From Octopus sinensis (taxonomy: Eukaryota), in contig NC_042999.1 of assembly GCF_006345805.1 (NCBI RefSeq), positions 166,904,001 through 166,968,000 on the forward strand: a stretch of 64,000 nt of DNA, written 5' to 3'. The position numbers were made by a program, and so were the translations under genes. Below are positions 53,318 through 64,000 of the stretch, in pieces; position 1 is the stretch's first letter, and each line of letters starts with the position of its first letter. The notes under the pieces were generated by a model, which was not told the origin of the DNA, did no database searches, and was given only the letters and a program-made list of their open reading frames with translations.

Positions 53318-53484
53318 CGAGGGGAAGTCAAAACTTATCCGCACGAAAAATGGCGTGATCAGACTCAAACTTCGGTCACGTGACCACAATAGTAACAACT
53401 ATAAACACGCATGCGCATAAGACAGTGTGACAATAACAAAGATATGCTATGGCGAAAGTGTGGATAATTTTTGAGTTCTCTTCG
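53318..53484. mobile_element. mariner-type MITE
   Basis: TA-cgaggggaagtcaaaacttatccgcac ... gtgtggataatttttgagttctcttcg-TA; imperfect 27-bp TIRs. Confidence 0.8.
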
Positions 53485-53508
53485 TATATATTTAAATATA
53501 CGTATATA

Positions 53509-53561
<53 letters not shown>

Positions 53562-53694
53562 ATTTACATATATATATGTACATGTGTGTATATATATATG
53601 TGTGTGTGTGTATATGTATATATATTTATGTATAATAGTATATCAATGTATAAGTATATGTTTGCACACACATGTATACATATATGTATGTATG

Positions 53695-53729
<35 letters not shown>

Positions 53730-54105
53730 GTATATATAATAAATATTAGGGAATAAATCCAAATTTACAGGGAAAAAATCAGATTTAGGATTAAATCCAA
53801 TTTTATAGTAAAATATTATAAAATATTATTAGAGACAAAACCACTATTTTGCAAAACAAACAAGGAAAGACTTAATCAATACATAAAATTTTAATAAATA
53901 GTCAAAAAAACCGCGGTTTTTTTTGACTATTTATTAAAATTTTATGTATTGATTAAGTCTTTCCTTGTTTGTTTTGCAAAATAGTGGTTTTGTCTCTAAT
54001 AATATTTTATATATGTATATATATATATATGTATATATATGTATATATATATATGTAATATATGTATATATATATATGTATATATATATATATTGTATAT
54101 ATATT

Positions 54106-54137
<32 letters not shown>

Positions 54138-54318
54138 GTTTATGTATATATATATATATATGTAGTATATATATATGTATATATATATATGTATAATATA
54201 TATGATATATATATATGTATATATATATGTATATATATATATGTATATATATATATTATGTATATATATATATACACATATATATAAATATACACATATA
54301 TATATGTATATATATATG

Positions 54319-54351
<33 letters not shown>

Positions 54352-54836
54352 GTATATACATACATACATATATACATACATACATATATAGATACGCATA
54401 CATACATACATAATACATACACAGGCATTTATATGTATGTATATAAACACAAATCCTGGTGCAGAGTGTACTAAAATACTTATTGATATTTAAGTTGAGT
54501 ATGTGTTAAGGGGCTTCGTATATTTGAGTTTATTTTTCTATTAAAATGTCCATACGGAAGTTAATTCTAGTTTAATACGGTTTTGTTAATAAATTAACGT
54601 TGTTACTACCTTATATCAGAAATCTTATGACATATCTGTTGCATGATGTGATTTGGGGCATTAATGACGGAGGTCCTTGTAAAAAATAATAAAACATTAT
54701 ACGTATAAAAAAATATTCAACTGATATTCTTGAATGGACAAACGTTGTAGTAGTAAAGTTATGTTGGGTATATATTAACAAATATGTATATGCATAATCA
54801 TAATGTACATTATGGCCGATTCATAAAATTACATAC

Positions 54837-54873
<37 letters not shown>

Positions 54874-55373
54874 ATTTTTCGGAATGGTCATTTTGCCAGT
54901 TAGCCAATAAAATCACACGCACTATATATTTGGTGTTACTTTGCTTCAGTGTTATTTATTTTTTACATTAATCTTAATCTTATTTCGGCCAGAGTTCTTT
55001 CGTCACACTCCTGTGACCGAAATAAGATTAAGATTAATGTAAAAAATAAATAACACTGAAGCAAAGTAACACCAAATATATAGTGCGTGTGATTTTATTG
55101 GCTAAACTGGCAAAATGACCATTCCAAAATATAACAATATCTGTTTCAACACACGACTTCACATAAAAAATCTTGCACAACAAATATATAAACGTCTTAT
55201 ATATATATATAATATATATATATATATAAAGGGTAAAATTAATTAATAATAACTAATAATTTTACCAAATAGTTCGGTATGTTAAAATAACCATTATCGG
55301 TAAACTTATACACACACACACACGCACACACACACACACTCACACACACACCACTCACACACACACACATACA

Positions 55374-55411
<38 letters not shown>

Positions 55412-55432
55412 ACACATATATATATATATATG

Positions 55433-55461
<29 letters not shown>

Positions 55462-55469
<8 letters not shown>

Positions 55470-56360
55470 ATAGAGGGCATTATTACACATAAATGCCTCA
55501 CACTAAGAGGGACAAAGTCATTACTACCAAAATTATACTAATCATACCCAAATGCAGTTTTTCAAAGCAAGACATTTAAAAAAATGAATTTAGTTCTGTA
55601 TCACCGTGATTTCACATTCAACTTTACGTCTTATGATCCTCAGCAGAACTGATTCTGAACACATCATAAATAAACTACCAACCTTACGTAGCGAAGACGA
55701 ACAGACAACTGCTCACTCCGGCCATAATTATATAGATATAATTATATAGATATAATTAATTTGTTCAAAAGAAAAAAATTATTTTCGAATTCTTTTCTTT
55801 TATGAGGTTTTCACGCTAGCTGCCTGATAATTTCTTGTTAAGATCCCTTATTAAGAGATTATCCTTAATTGTTAAACTTATTCCGAAATACTTTTCATTA
55901 CCCGACATGCAGTTCGTAAAAAGCCCGCCATTTACCGGATATATGATTTATAACATTCCATGTGCTTGGCCGGAGTGAGCAGTTGTCTGTTCGTCTTCGC
56001 TACGTAAGGTTGGTAGTTTATTTATGATGTGTTCAGAATCAGTTCTGCTGAGGATCATAAGACGTAAAGTTGAATGTGAAATCACGGTGATACAAACTAA
56101 ATTCATTTTTTTAAATGTCTTGCTTGAAAAACTGCATTTGGGTATGATTAGTATAATTTTGGTAGTAATGACTTTGTCCCTCTTAGTGTGAGGCATTTAT
56201 GTGTAATAATGCCCTCTATACAATATAGATATAATTAATTTGTTCAAAAGAAAAAAATTATTTTCGAATTCTTTTCTTTTATGAGGTTTTCACGCTAGCT
56301 GCCTGATAATTTCTTGTTAAGATCCCTTATTAAGAGATTATCCTTAATTGTTAAACTTAT
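55462..56360 (+). mobile_element. Second non-coding hammerhead-bearing retroelement, ~479-nt period, 5' inversion
   Basis: Direct repeat 55745-55881 = 56224-56360. Inverted 55462-55724 vs 55967-56227. Hammerhead at 56041-56098 (+) and 55592-55650 (-). (TA)n flanks. Confidence 0.75.
56041..56098 (+). ncRNA. Type I hammerhead ribozyme motif (inverted copy at 55592-55650 has perfect stem I)
   Basis: agttctg-CTGAGGA-tcat...atgt-GAAA-TCAC-G-GTGA-TA-ca(g)aact, with an AUA cleavage triplet. Confidence 0.7.
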
Positions 56361-56465
56361 ATATATATATATGTAGTCAATCCAAACATGAACAAGCAAG
56401 AAAAAACAACAACGCGAGGACGTGGAATCTGTAGAGTGTTATTGGGCCTCAGGAAAAGAAAGAGG

Positions 56466-56500
56466 ATTTCACGTTTCGTACCGAGCTCTTCATCAGAAAT
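56466..56500 (-). ncRNA. Ultra-minimal hammerhead-like motif (same family as 17807)
   Basis: Minus strand: attt-CTGATGA-a-gagc-tcg-gtac-GAAACGTG-aaat. Related gagc-gtag-gctc-gaaacgt motifs at ~15490, 56920 and 59885. Confidence 0.45.
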
Positions 56501-57097
56501 ATAGAAAAAGTCCAAAGAAGGGAAGACGGAGAAAGAAAATCACCAACGATACCGACGCCGTCACTTATTGAAATGACCGGAAGGGTATCGGTGAAGAAAA
56601 AGTTCTTTCAAAGACAGGAGAGTGCAAGAGGAGGTATGTGCGGGCGCGCGGGTCTGTGTGTGAGTGTGTAATGATAACACGTGTATGTGCTTGTGTGTGT
56701 GTGTGTGTGTGGTTGTGGCTGTTTATGTATTTGTGTGGTTGGACTTAGTGTCTTTTAGGGTCAATCGGAAGAATTTATAGTAAGAATTTTGGTAGGAGTG
56801 GCTGTCTATGTATGTATATATATATAGTTGAAATTTACAGAAAAACAAACGACGAAGACAGCTGTATGAACAACAAACAGGTGCATTAGTTTGACGCTCG
56901 GGGAAGTGAGAAAGTCTTTTACGTTTTGAGCCTACGCTCTTCAACAGAAAGGAATATATATATATTTGTGTATTAAGGCTACCACTGGTTTCATGTTAAG
57001 AAATATATCTAAAATGTCTTTAAAATATTTCAAACCGATCACATGGAGGAATGGTGTTTATCTTCATTTTGGAGACGAACACCATTCCCCCATGTAT

Positions 57098-57158
57098 GGG
57101 CTTGAAAATTGTTAAGATATTTAAGATATGCTTCTTAACATGAAACTAATTGTAGCCT
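57098..57158 (+). ncRNA. Hammerhead variant with U3-A8 core inside a diverged fold-back (56963-57171)
   Basis: gggc-TTGAAAA-t-tgttaaga...tcttaaca-t-GAAAC-TAATT-GTA-gcct. Confidence 0.55.
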
Positions 57159-57223
57159 TAATACGCAAATAAATGTTATCCACCAATGCGGTGTTGAGCA
57201 CTCATTCTCGTCGTTCGACTTTT

Positions 57224-57262
<39 letters not shown>

Positions 57263-57296
57263 CGTATACAAACACACACACATATATATATGACTG

Positions 57297-57362
<66 letters not shown>

Positions 57363-57380
57363 CCTACCTCTCTCTCTCTC

Positions 57381-57433
<53 letters not shown>

Positions 57434-58261
57434 AAAACATAGTCATTCGAAAACGTTCAAAGACTGTTATTTTCACTTCAACATTTATTATTTGGTGTCA
57501 CAATTTTAGTAGTACCTGGTCACTGAAACAATTCCACTGAATTGTATTTGAATGGCTAATATGTGTGTTCAACACGCGCGCAGGCACACCTACATACACA
57601 CGCACACACATACTCACACGTATGTCAAAGATATTTAAGATAAAAGAGCAACGATAGAATTACAAATATATAAAATATCTAAACTGTAAGAAAATGTTAA
57701 ATGAAGTTCTTATTTATCGTCCTGCATAAAGAAACATTAAGTACTTAAACGTATATTCATACACAAACATACTTTCACATACACACCAGAAGACGCTCAC
57801 ACACATGTATATATGTATATATATATTTATATATGAATGCATATATATTTATTGTGTGTGGGGATATACGTGCGTGTGTGCGTGTGAGTGTGTATCTTTG
57901 TTTCCCAATTACCGCTTGACAACCGGTGTTGGTGTGTTTATGTCCCCGTAACTTGCAAAAAAGTTACGAGGATAAGTACTAGGCTTCTAAAAATTAAAAA
58001 AAAAGTTCTGGAGTCGATTTGTTCGACTAAAACCAGTATGGTCGCAGTCAAATGACTAAAACAAATAAAAGAATAAAAGAATAATAATCTTGTGAAATAT
58101 CACCAAGTAGAGAGAGTTAATACAAATAAGTGTCTATCTTTAAAACGCAGCCGCACAATGTCTTCCAAGGTCTAATGTATTGGATGGTGTTAAAAAAAAA
58201 GATATAAGTACACATACATATTTATATATATGTATCTATATATTTATATATACGTATAAAA

Positions 58262-58773
58262 CAGGGTGACCCCCCCCCCCACCAAAAAACCCCACAAATC
58301 TTTCAATAAAACTGTTTGAATAAAACGATGCAGAGGGAGAGATCGAAATGAACAGTGGTTCCAGCAAAACGGGGTTAGCCACCAGGCATCAAATGAGTCC
58401 CTAACCTGGCTGAGAGACCGATTTCAGGAAAGATTGGTCAGCAGGAAGTATGACGTTAAGTGGGCACCGCATTCACCGGACTTGATTCTCCCCTTTCCAG
58501 ATTTTTACCAGAACGATTGGAGAACTGAAGGCAGCAATCACAGCAGAAATCAAGGAAATCCCCAAAGAAAAATGTGTTGGAGTAATTGACAATTTTGTGC
58601 GATGTATGCAAGTGTTTGCATGACGTATGCCATTTGGAGCATATTTTGAAAAGAACATGACTTACATGCAGAGGGAATGATCGTACAGAGACCGAAGTTT
58701 CTTGAAATTTGCTGGACCTCTGTAGGATTTAATTAAATTTTTATGGATTCTGTTTTTTGGTAGGGTCACCCTG
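58262..58773 (+). mobile_element. Tc1-like deletion derivative with TIRs
   Basis: cagggtgaccc...accaaaaaac pairs with gttttttggtagggtcaccctg+TA. Internal WAPHSPDL (WPPRSPDL-like). Confidence 0.75.
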
Positions 58774-58914
58774 TATATGCGATTATATATATTTATATAT
58801 TCATATGTATACATAAGTGTGTGTATATATATATATATATGTATGTATGTAGGATGTATGTATGTATGCGTGTGTGTGTGTCTGTGAGTGTGTATATATA
58901 TATATATATATACA

Positions 58915-58990
<76 letters not shown>

Positions 58991-59138
58991 ATATAAGTAT
59001 AGTCGTCACTAAGATGACGGAGGGTGCTAGTAAGCATCAGCATTGCTAGAAATAAGAGTCAAAACAACTCATAGTCACGTGAGAACACTTTTCTAATGAC
59101 TGACAAGGGAGACAGGCTCCCTTCCTACGACAAGCGAG

Positions 59139-59193
59139 ATGGACTAATATCAGCGCTGATTTCAGATTCGGTTAAGCTTCTTCAGTGACCCAT
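59139..59193 (-). ncRNA. Hammerhead-like motif
   Basis: Minus strand: CTGAAGA-agcttaaccgaatct-GAAA-TCAG-CG-CTGA-TA, with a 12-nt palindromic stem III (ATCAGCGCTGAT). Stem I is imperfect. Enclosed by a 12-bp outer inverted repeat (59089-59100 / 59200-59211). Confidence 0.5.
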
Positions 59194-60499
59194 TACTCCG
59201 TCGTTAGAAAATTGCTTTCACGTGGCTAAGAGTTGATTTGACTGTTATTTCTTGCAATGCTGGTGCTTACTAGCACTCTCCGTCAATTTAGCGTGGATTA
59301 TACTTGTTGCCTTTCGGTTCTAAATTGCGAACTTGCTCCGACTCCTACTTCTCCTCTTCACTCCTACTCTCATTCTTTCTTCTCTTCACTCCTACCCACC
59401 TTCTCCTTCCCCCTTCATCGTCACCCCTCCCTCTTAAGCTCACCCCACCCCTACACATTCCACCCTACCTTCCCTATCCTTCCCCATCCCACTCTACCCC
59501 ATCCCTTACATCCACTCCCACACACCCCAACTCTACCCCCCACACTCAGCCTAACCCACACCCCACCCTTGCTTTCCCCACTCTTGCCTCCCCCACCTTC
59601 CAACACCATCAAACCACACCACACACGACCACGCACACACCAGCACTGACCTCTTCCCAAACCCACATTTTCACACCTACACATACACACACACAAACGT
59701 CAAGATCACCAGCCCTCTTCCATACGCACATACAAACTCTCTTATACACATGCACCGTTTTAAGATCACCACTACTTTATTATCTCCCCTTCTCCCTAGC
59801 TCTCCCGTATGATCCTTCTGTCCGGCATTCGCCATGATAGATCGCTAGCCACTACACATTCTTCATTTTCTCTCCTTGTTTCTTTCTGTGGAAGAGCGTA
59901 GGTTCGAAACGTTAAAGACTTTTTCACTTCCCGAGTGTAGAGCAGCTGTTTGCTTATATTAAATTAGAATAAGGAAATTAAAGTGAAAACTTCTAAAAAT
60001 GCGACGTTATATATTAAACATTACATGTGATTTACTTGTTTACTATAATAGAAAACCTTCAATTGCTGAATATTTCTTGTACAAAATATATCAAAATCAA
60101 CTTTACGTTATTTTCAATATAGAACACGCTATCTTTTGTATCTACAGGACTATATAATCCAACAAATTCTTCTGTTTTTGAGATGGTAGACTGTGATTTC
60201 AGGGACTTTTGCTTATTTCTATCAGTTCGAGTGACCACGTAAAGGCTTTATCGCTGGATGATTATCTGTTGAAGTGCAGTCACAATTATTTCTTCAAATA
60301 CATAAAATATAGATCACTCTTGTCAATTAGTTACTGCTCAGTTTCAACGAACTTTCAGTTATTTCGAAATAGTTTTGCTATAAAAGGATATTGTTAATAA
60401 ATCCAACGGTAATCCAGAAGATTGCTTCAGCATACGCTAATGGAAAGTATTATAATGTGTTTCAGAAAGAAAAAAAAACTATACATACATACATAATTC

Positions 60500-61375
60500 A
60501 AGAACAGGAAATATCAACCAAATACCTGATGCACAAAAGAGACTGAGACACCGGAAAAGCAATAAAATGTGATAACCGATGCATTCTTTGTGGAGTTGAC
60601 ACCGAAGATTTCACCCACATCATAAACAGTTGTCCGAAAATGTTATCACGGTTTTATTTACCAATGAAACATGCTGTAGTAGTGAAGACACTATAAAATG
60701 AGATCCGTGGAAAGGATAACCCCGAGGCCAAAGAAATAAGAACTCATAGTATGGTAGAAGTCATAGCCACTCATAATAAAAAGGAGTACTAGCGGAATGT
60801 CCCAGTGAAAAAATCAATGAAATATAAACATAATGGACTTGATATAGTGATTTGAGATAGAGAAGAGAAACTGTACAGTTGTGGAAATGAACTAGCCTGC
60901 GGATGTTAATGTAGAATTAAAGATCAGCGAAAAGGAAAATAGCTACGCTGAACTATTGAGGAATCTACAGTTACTCTGTCCAGATTACAAGTTCAGGCTT
61001 ATACCTGTAATTGTTGGGGCACTGAGATATATAACACGCTACCCAAGCACAATCTTGAGAAATTAGGCTTCTCAAAACTAGAAAGAAGAAAGCTGATTCG
61101 AAAGCTATAGATCCAATCCATCACTGGAACAGTAAAAGTGTGCAAACTTTCCAGAAGTTCATCAGTTAAGTATATATGAGCATGATTAGTTATGCAAGCA
61201 TATGCATGAGAATACATTCATAAAAGAAAACATAAAAATCTGCACGTATACATACATACATACATACATAGAAAATACCCTGCTGATGTTGAAATTCCAG
61301 TGAAGGAGCCTTGGATCTAGGTTAGAAACCGACTCTTTCTCTATTGGTAAGAAATCTTGAAATAAAACTGCTCAA

Positions 61376-61380
<5 letters not shown>
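60500..61380 (+). mobile_element. R4/Dong-like LINE 3' part
   Basis: CDNRCILCGVDTEDFTHIINSCPKM (CCHC) ... KHNGLDIVI*DREEK ... ELLRNLQLLCPDYKFRLIPVIVGAL, followed by the 3' UTR. Confidence 0.85.
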
Positions 61381-61415
<35 letters not shown>

Positions 61416-61506
61416 TATGTTGAAATTCCAGTGAAGGAGCCTTGGATCTAGGTTAGAAACCGATTCTTTCTCTATGGTAAGAAATCTTGAAATAAACTGC
61501 TCAATG

Positions 61507-61567
<61 letters not shown>

Positions 61568-61651
61568 AAATTCCAGTGAAGGAGCCTTGGATCTAGGTTA
61601 GAAACCGACTCTTTCTCTATTGGTAAGAAATCTTGAAATAAAACTGCTCAA

Positions 61652-61687
<36 letters not shown>

Positions 61688-61777
61688 AAATTCCAGTGAA
61701 GGAGCCTTGGATCTAGGTTAGAAACCGACTCTTTCTCTATTGGTAAGAAATCTTGAATAAAACTGCTCAATGATATA

Positions 61778-61819
<42 letters not shown>

Positions 61820-62014
61820 AAATTCCAGTGAAGGAGCCTTGGATCTAGGTTAGAAACCGACTCTTTCTCTATTGGTAAGAAATCTTGAAATAAAACTGCT
61901 CAATGATATATATATATATATATATGTTGAAATTCCAGTTGAAGGAGCCTTGGATCTAGGTTAGAAACCGACTCTTTCTCTATTGGTAAGAAATCTTGAA
62001 ATAAAACTGCTCAA

Positions 62015-62064
<50 letters not shown>

Positions 62065-62327
62065 TATTATATTGTTGAAATCCAGTGAAGGAGCCTTGGA
62101 TCTAGGTTAGAAAACCGACCTTTCTCTATGGTAAGAATCTGAAATAAAACTGCTCATGATATATATATATATATATAGATATATATATTATAATATATAT
62201 ATATATATATTAAATATATATATTATATATATATTATCTATATGTTGAAATTCCAGTGAAGGAGCCTTGGTCTAGGTTAGAAACCGACTCTTTCTCTATT
62301 GGTAGAATCTTGAAATAAAACTGCTCA

Positions 62328-62364
<37 letters not shown>

Positions 62365-62466
62365 GTTGAAATTCCAGTGAAGGAGCCTTGGATCTAGGTT
62401 AGAAACCGACTCTTCTCTATTGGTAGAAAAATCTTGAAAAAAACTGCTCAATGATATATATATATA

Positions 62467-62512
<46 letters not shown>

Positions 62513-62605
62513 GTTGAAATTCCAGTGAAGGAGCCTTGGATCTAGGTTGAAACCGATTCTTTCTCTATTGGTAAGAAATCTTGAAATAAAACTGCTCAAT
62601 GATAT

Positions 62606-62650
<45 letters not shown>

Positions 62651-62734
62651 AAATTCCAGTGAAGGAGCCTTGGATCTAGGTTAGAAACCGACTCTTTCTC
62701 TATTGGTAAGAAATCTTGAAATAAAACTGCTCAA

Positions 62735-62740
<6 letters not shown>
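61286..62740 (+). repeat. Tandem array: 11 copies of a 92-bp LINE 3' terminus separated by variable (TA)n
   Basis: atgttgaaattccagtgaaggagccttggatctaggttagaaaccgactctttctctattggtaagaaatcttgaaataaaactgctcaatg starts at ~61286, 61417, 61562, 61682, 61814, 61924, 62072, 62242, 62363, 62511 and 62645. Confidence 0.95.
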
Positions 62741-62806
<66 letters not shown>

Positions 62807-62829
62807 ATACATATATATATATATATATA

Positions 62830-64000
62830 TAAACGAGAGATGAAGGTAAATCAGTTTATTCTTTCGAGTGCATTAAAGAAGAAAAAACAGGCAGAGAAGA
62901 CATGTTTCTTTGTCACCGACCATGGTAAACAAACAACAGAAGTGGATGGTTGAGAGGAGGCAGCACGATGTGCTTCAACCAACAGAGTGATGCCGTGGAG
63001 ATCGATGTTTATGGATCTTTAATGCATGTATGTGAGTGTAAGGAAATATGTGGGACCAAGTTGTGTATGTGTGTGTGTTGTGCGTATGTGTATGTGCATG
63101 TAGTGTTTAGCGCAAATGTTGTGTTAATCTGGTAGGTGGCGTCTTAAAGGGAACAAGGTTATTACTTATCGCTGTTGTCTTGGCTGTGTTAAGGTGAAAA
63201 TTTAGTTGTTTACGGTGCAAGTGTGAATAGGAGAGCCATAGTGTAAAACAACCCCACAGACAGCAGCCTGTAGGGAGGTGTGGGTAGGAAAATTGAAGTG
63301 TTACAACAAGCATCTAAAAGGTACTCTCTAATATGAATTCAAGTGCAACGTGTTTGTCCAACACTGAACACGCCACCTCAAAACTTGTATTTTATGCATT
63401 AAATAATGTTCTTGCTATAAAAAGTGAAACAGTCAGCAAAATCGAAGATGTTCGTCCAGCAGTGTAATGATGTTCTGGATGAAAGGAAAAGTGTGGCAGC
63501 AGAGTAAAGAGTGATGAGAGACTAAATGCAGACGGCGATCGTGTCAGAAATAAAGGAGGTGTTCCGGATGATGTGACAAGTAAAGGGTCAGAGTGGAGGC
63601 GGTGGAAGTGCGGTAAAATGGTACACCGGATAGGGTATGTGGCGGGATAGTAGGTGAGACATGGAAGGTGATCAGTTGTAACGTGGTGCATGAGTGCAGA
63701 GACGTGGTCAACTATGAGGGAATGGTGTCAGAAATTAGTAACGGCTGATCGAGGATGGGGAAGTACTGTGATAAGCAGTGGATGCAAGCAGATTTCAAAT
63801 TCGAAGTCATAATTACAAAGGCGATGAAGGTGAAGGAAATGCAGGCAGTGGATAAGAGATTTGGTATGAGTGGGAAGGGATGCAGTGAAATAGTAATATG
63901 GGTGGGAGTTGGTGTGATTGTGAAAAACAGAAGCCGAGAGGTTAGCATGACCAATATAGATGATGTCCAGGAAGTTAGCACAAGTAGTGGTAATGGTCAA
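62830..64000 (-). mobile_element. Old Penelope-like element (RT C-terminus to GIY-YIG), running off the window
   Basis: NFLDII...SVFHNHTNSHPYYYFTASLPTHTKS...FLHLHRLC is a degenerate FLD...KPT.SH.YL.F.S.HP.H.K...FLRLRRLC. VGQT remnant near 63360. Confidence 0.65.

Noticed and set aside
59257-59837. Pro/His/Thr-rich ORFs
   Set aside because: Low-complexity C/A-rich tract, probably the 3' region of a Penelope-type repeat ending at ~59935.
61295-61350. SECIS element or hammerhead in the 92-bp repeat
   Set aside because: GTGAA is present on the 5' side but there is no matching GA quartet on the 3' side, and there is no CUGANGA core with correct stems.
61286-62740. CRISPR array
   Set aside because: The repeat is 92 bp and identical to the adjacent LINE 3' end, the spacers are only (TA)n, there are no cas genes, and the context is eukaryotic.

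Overview
AT-rich, microsatellite-saturated eukaryotic DNA. The SINE, LINE and Penelope repertoire suggests an octopod cephalopod (inference). The only host gene I can support is GTP cyclohydrolase I (GCH1) on the + strand. Its last two coding exons (35048-35132 and 50958-51087) flank a 15.8-kb intron; the earlier exons were not found in the window. The rest is repeats: Penelope-like elements (one long degraded copy with ~600-bp inverted pLTRs), R4/Dong-like and L1/Tx1-like LINE 3' ends, RTE remnants, Tc1/mariner relics and MITEs, a non-autonomous Helitron and several tRNA-derived SINE families. Three things stand out. (1) There are about a dozen minimal type-I hammerhead ribozyme motifs, including U3-A8 compensatory core variants. 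(2) Two short non-coding, hammerhead-carrying, partially tandem elements (~529- and ~479-nt monomers) with 5' inversions resemble retrozymes or non-autonomous Penelope elements; in one, the inversion ends at the predicted cleavage site. (3) An 11-copy array of a 92-bp LINE 3' terminus is separated by variable (TA)n spacers; it looks like a CRISPR array but is not one. Nearly all listed ORFs are microsatellite translations. Coordinates were counted by eye and may be off by a few bases.
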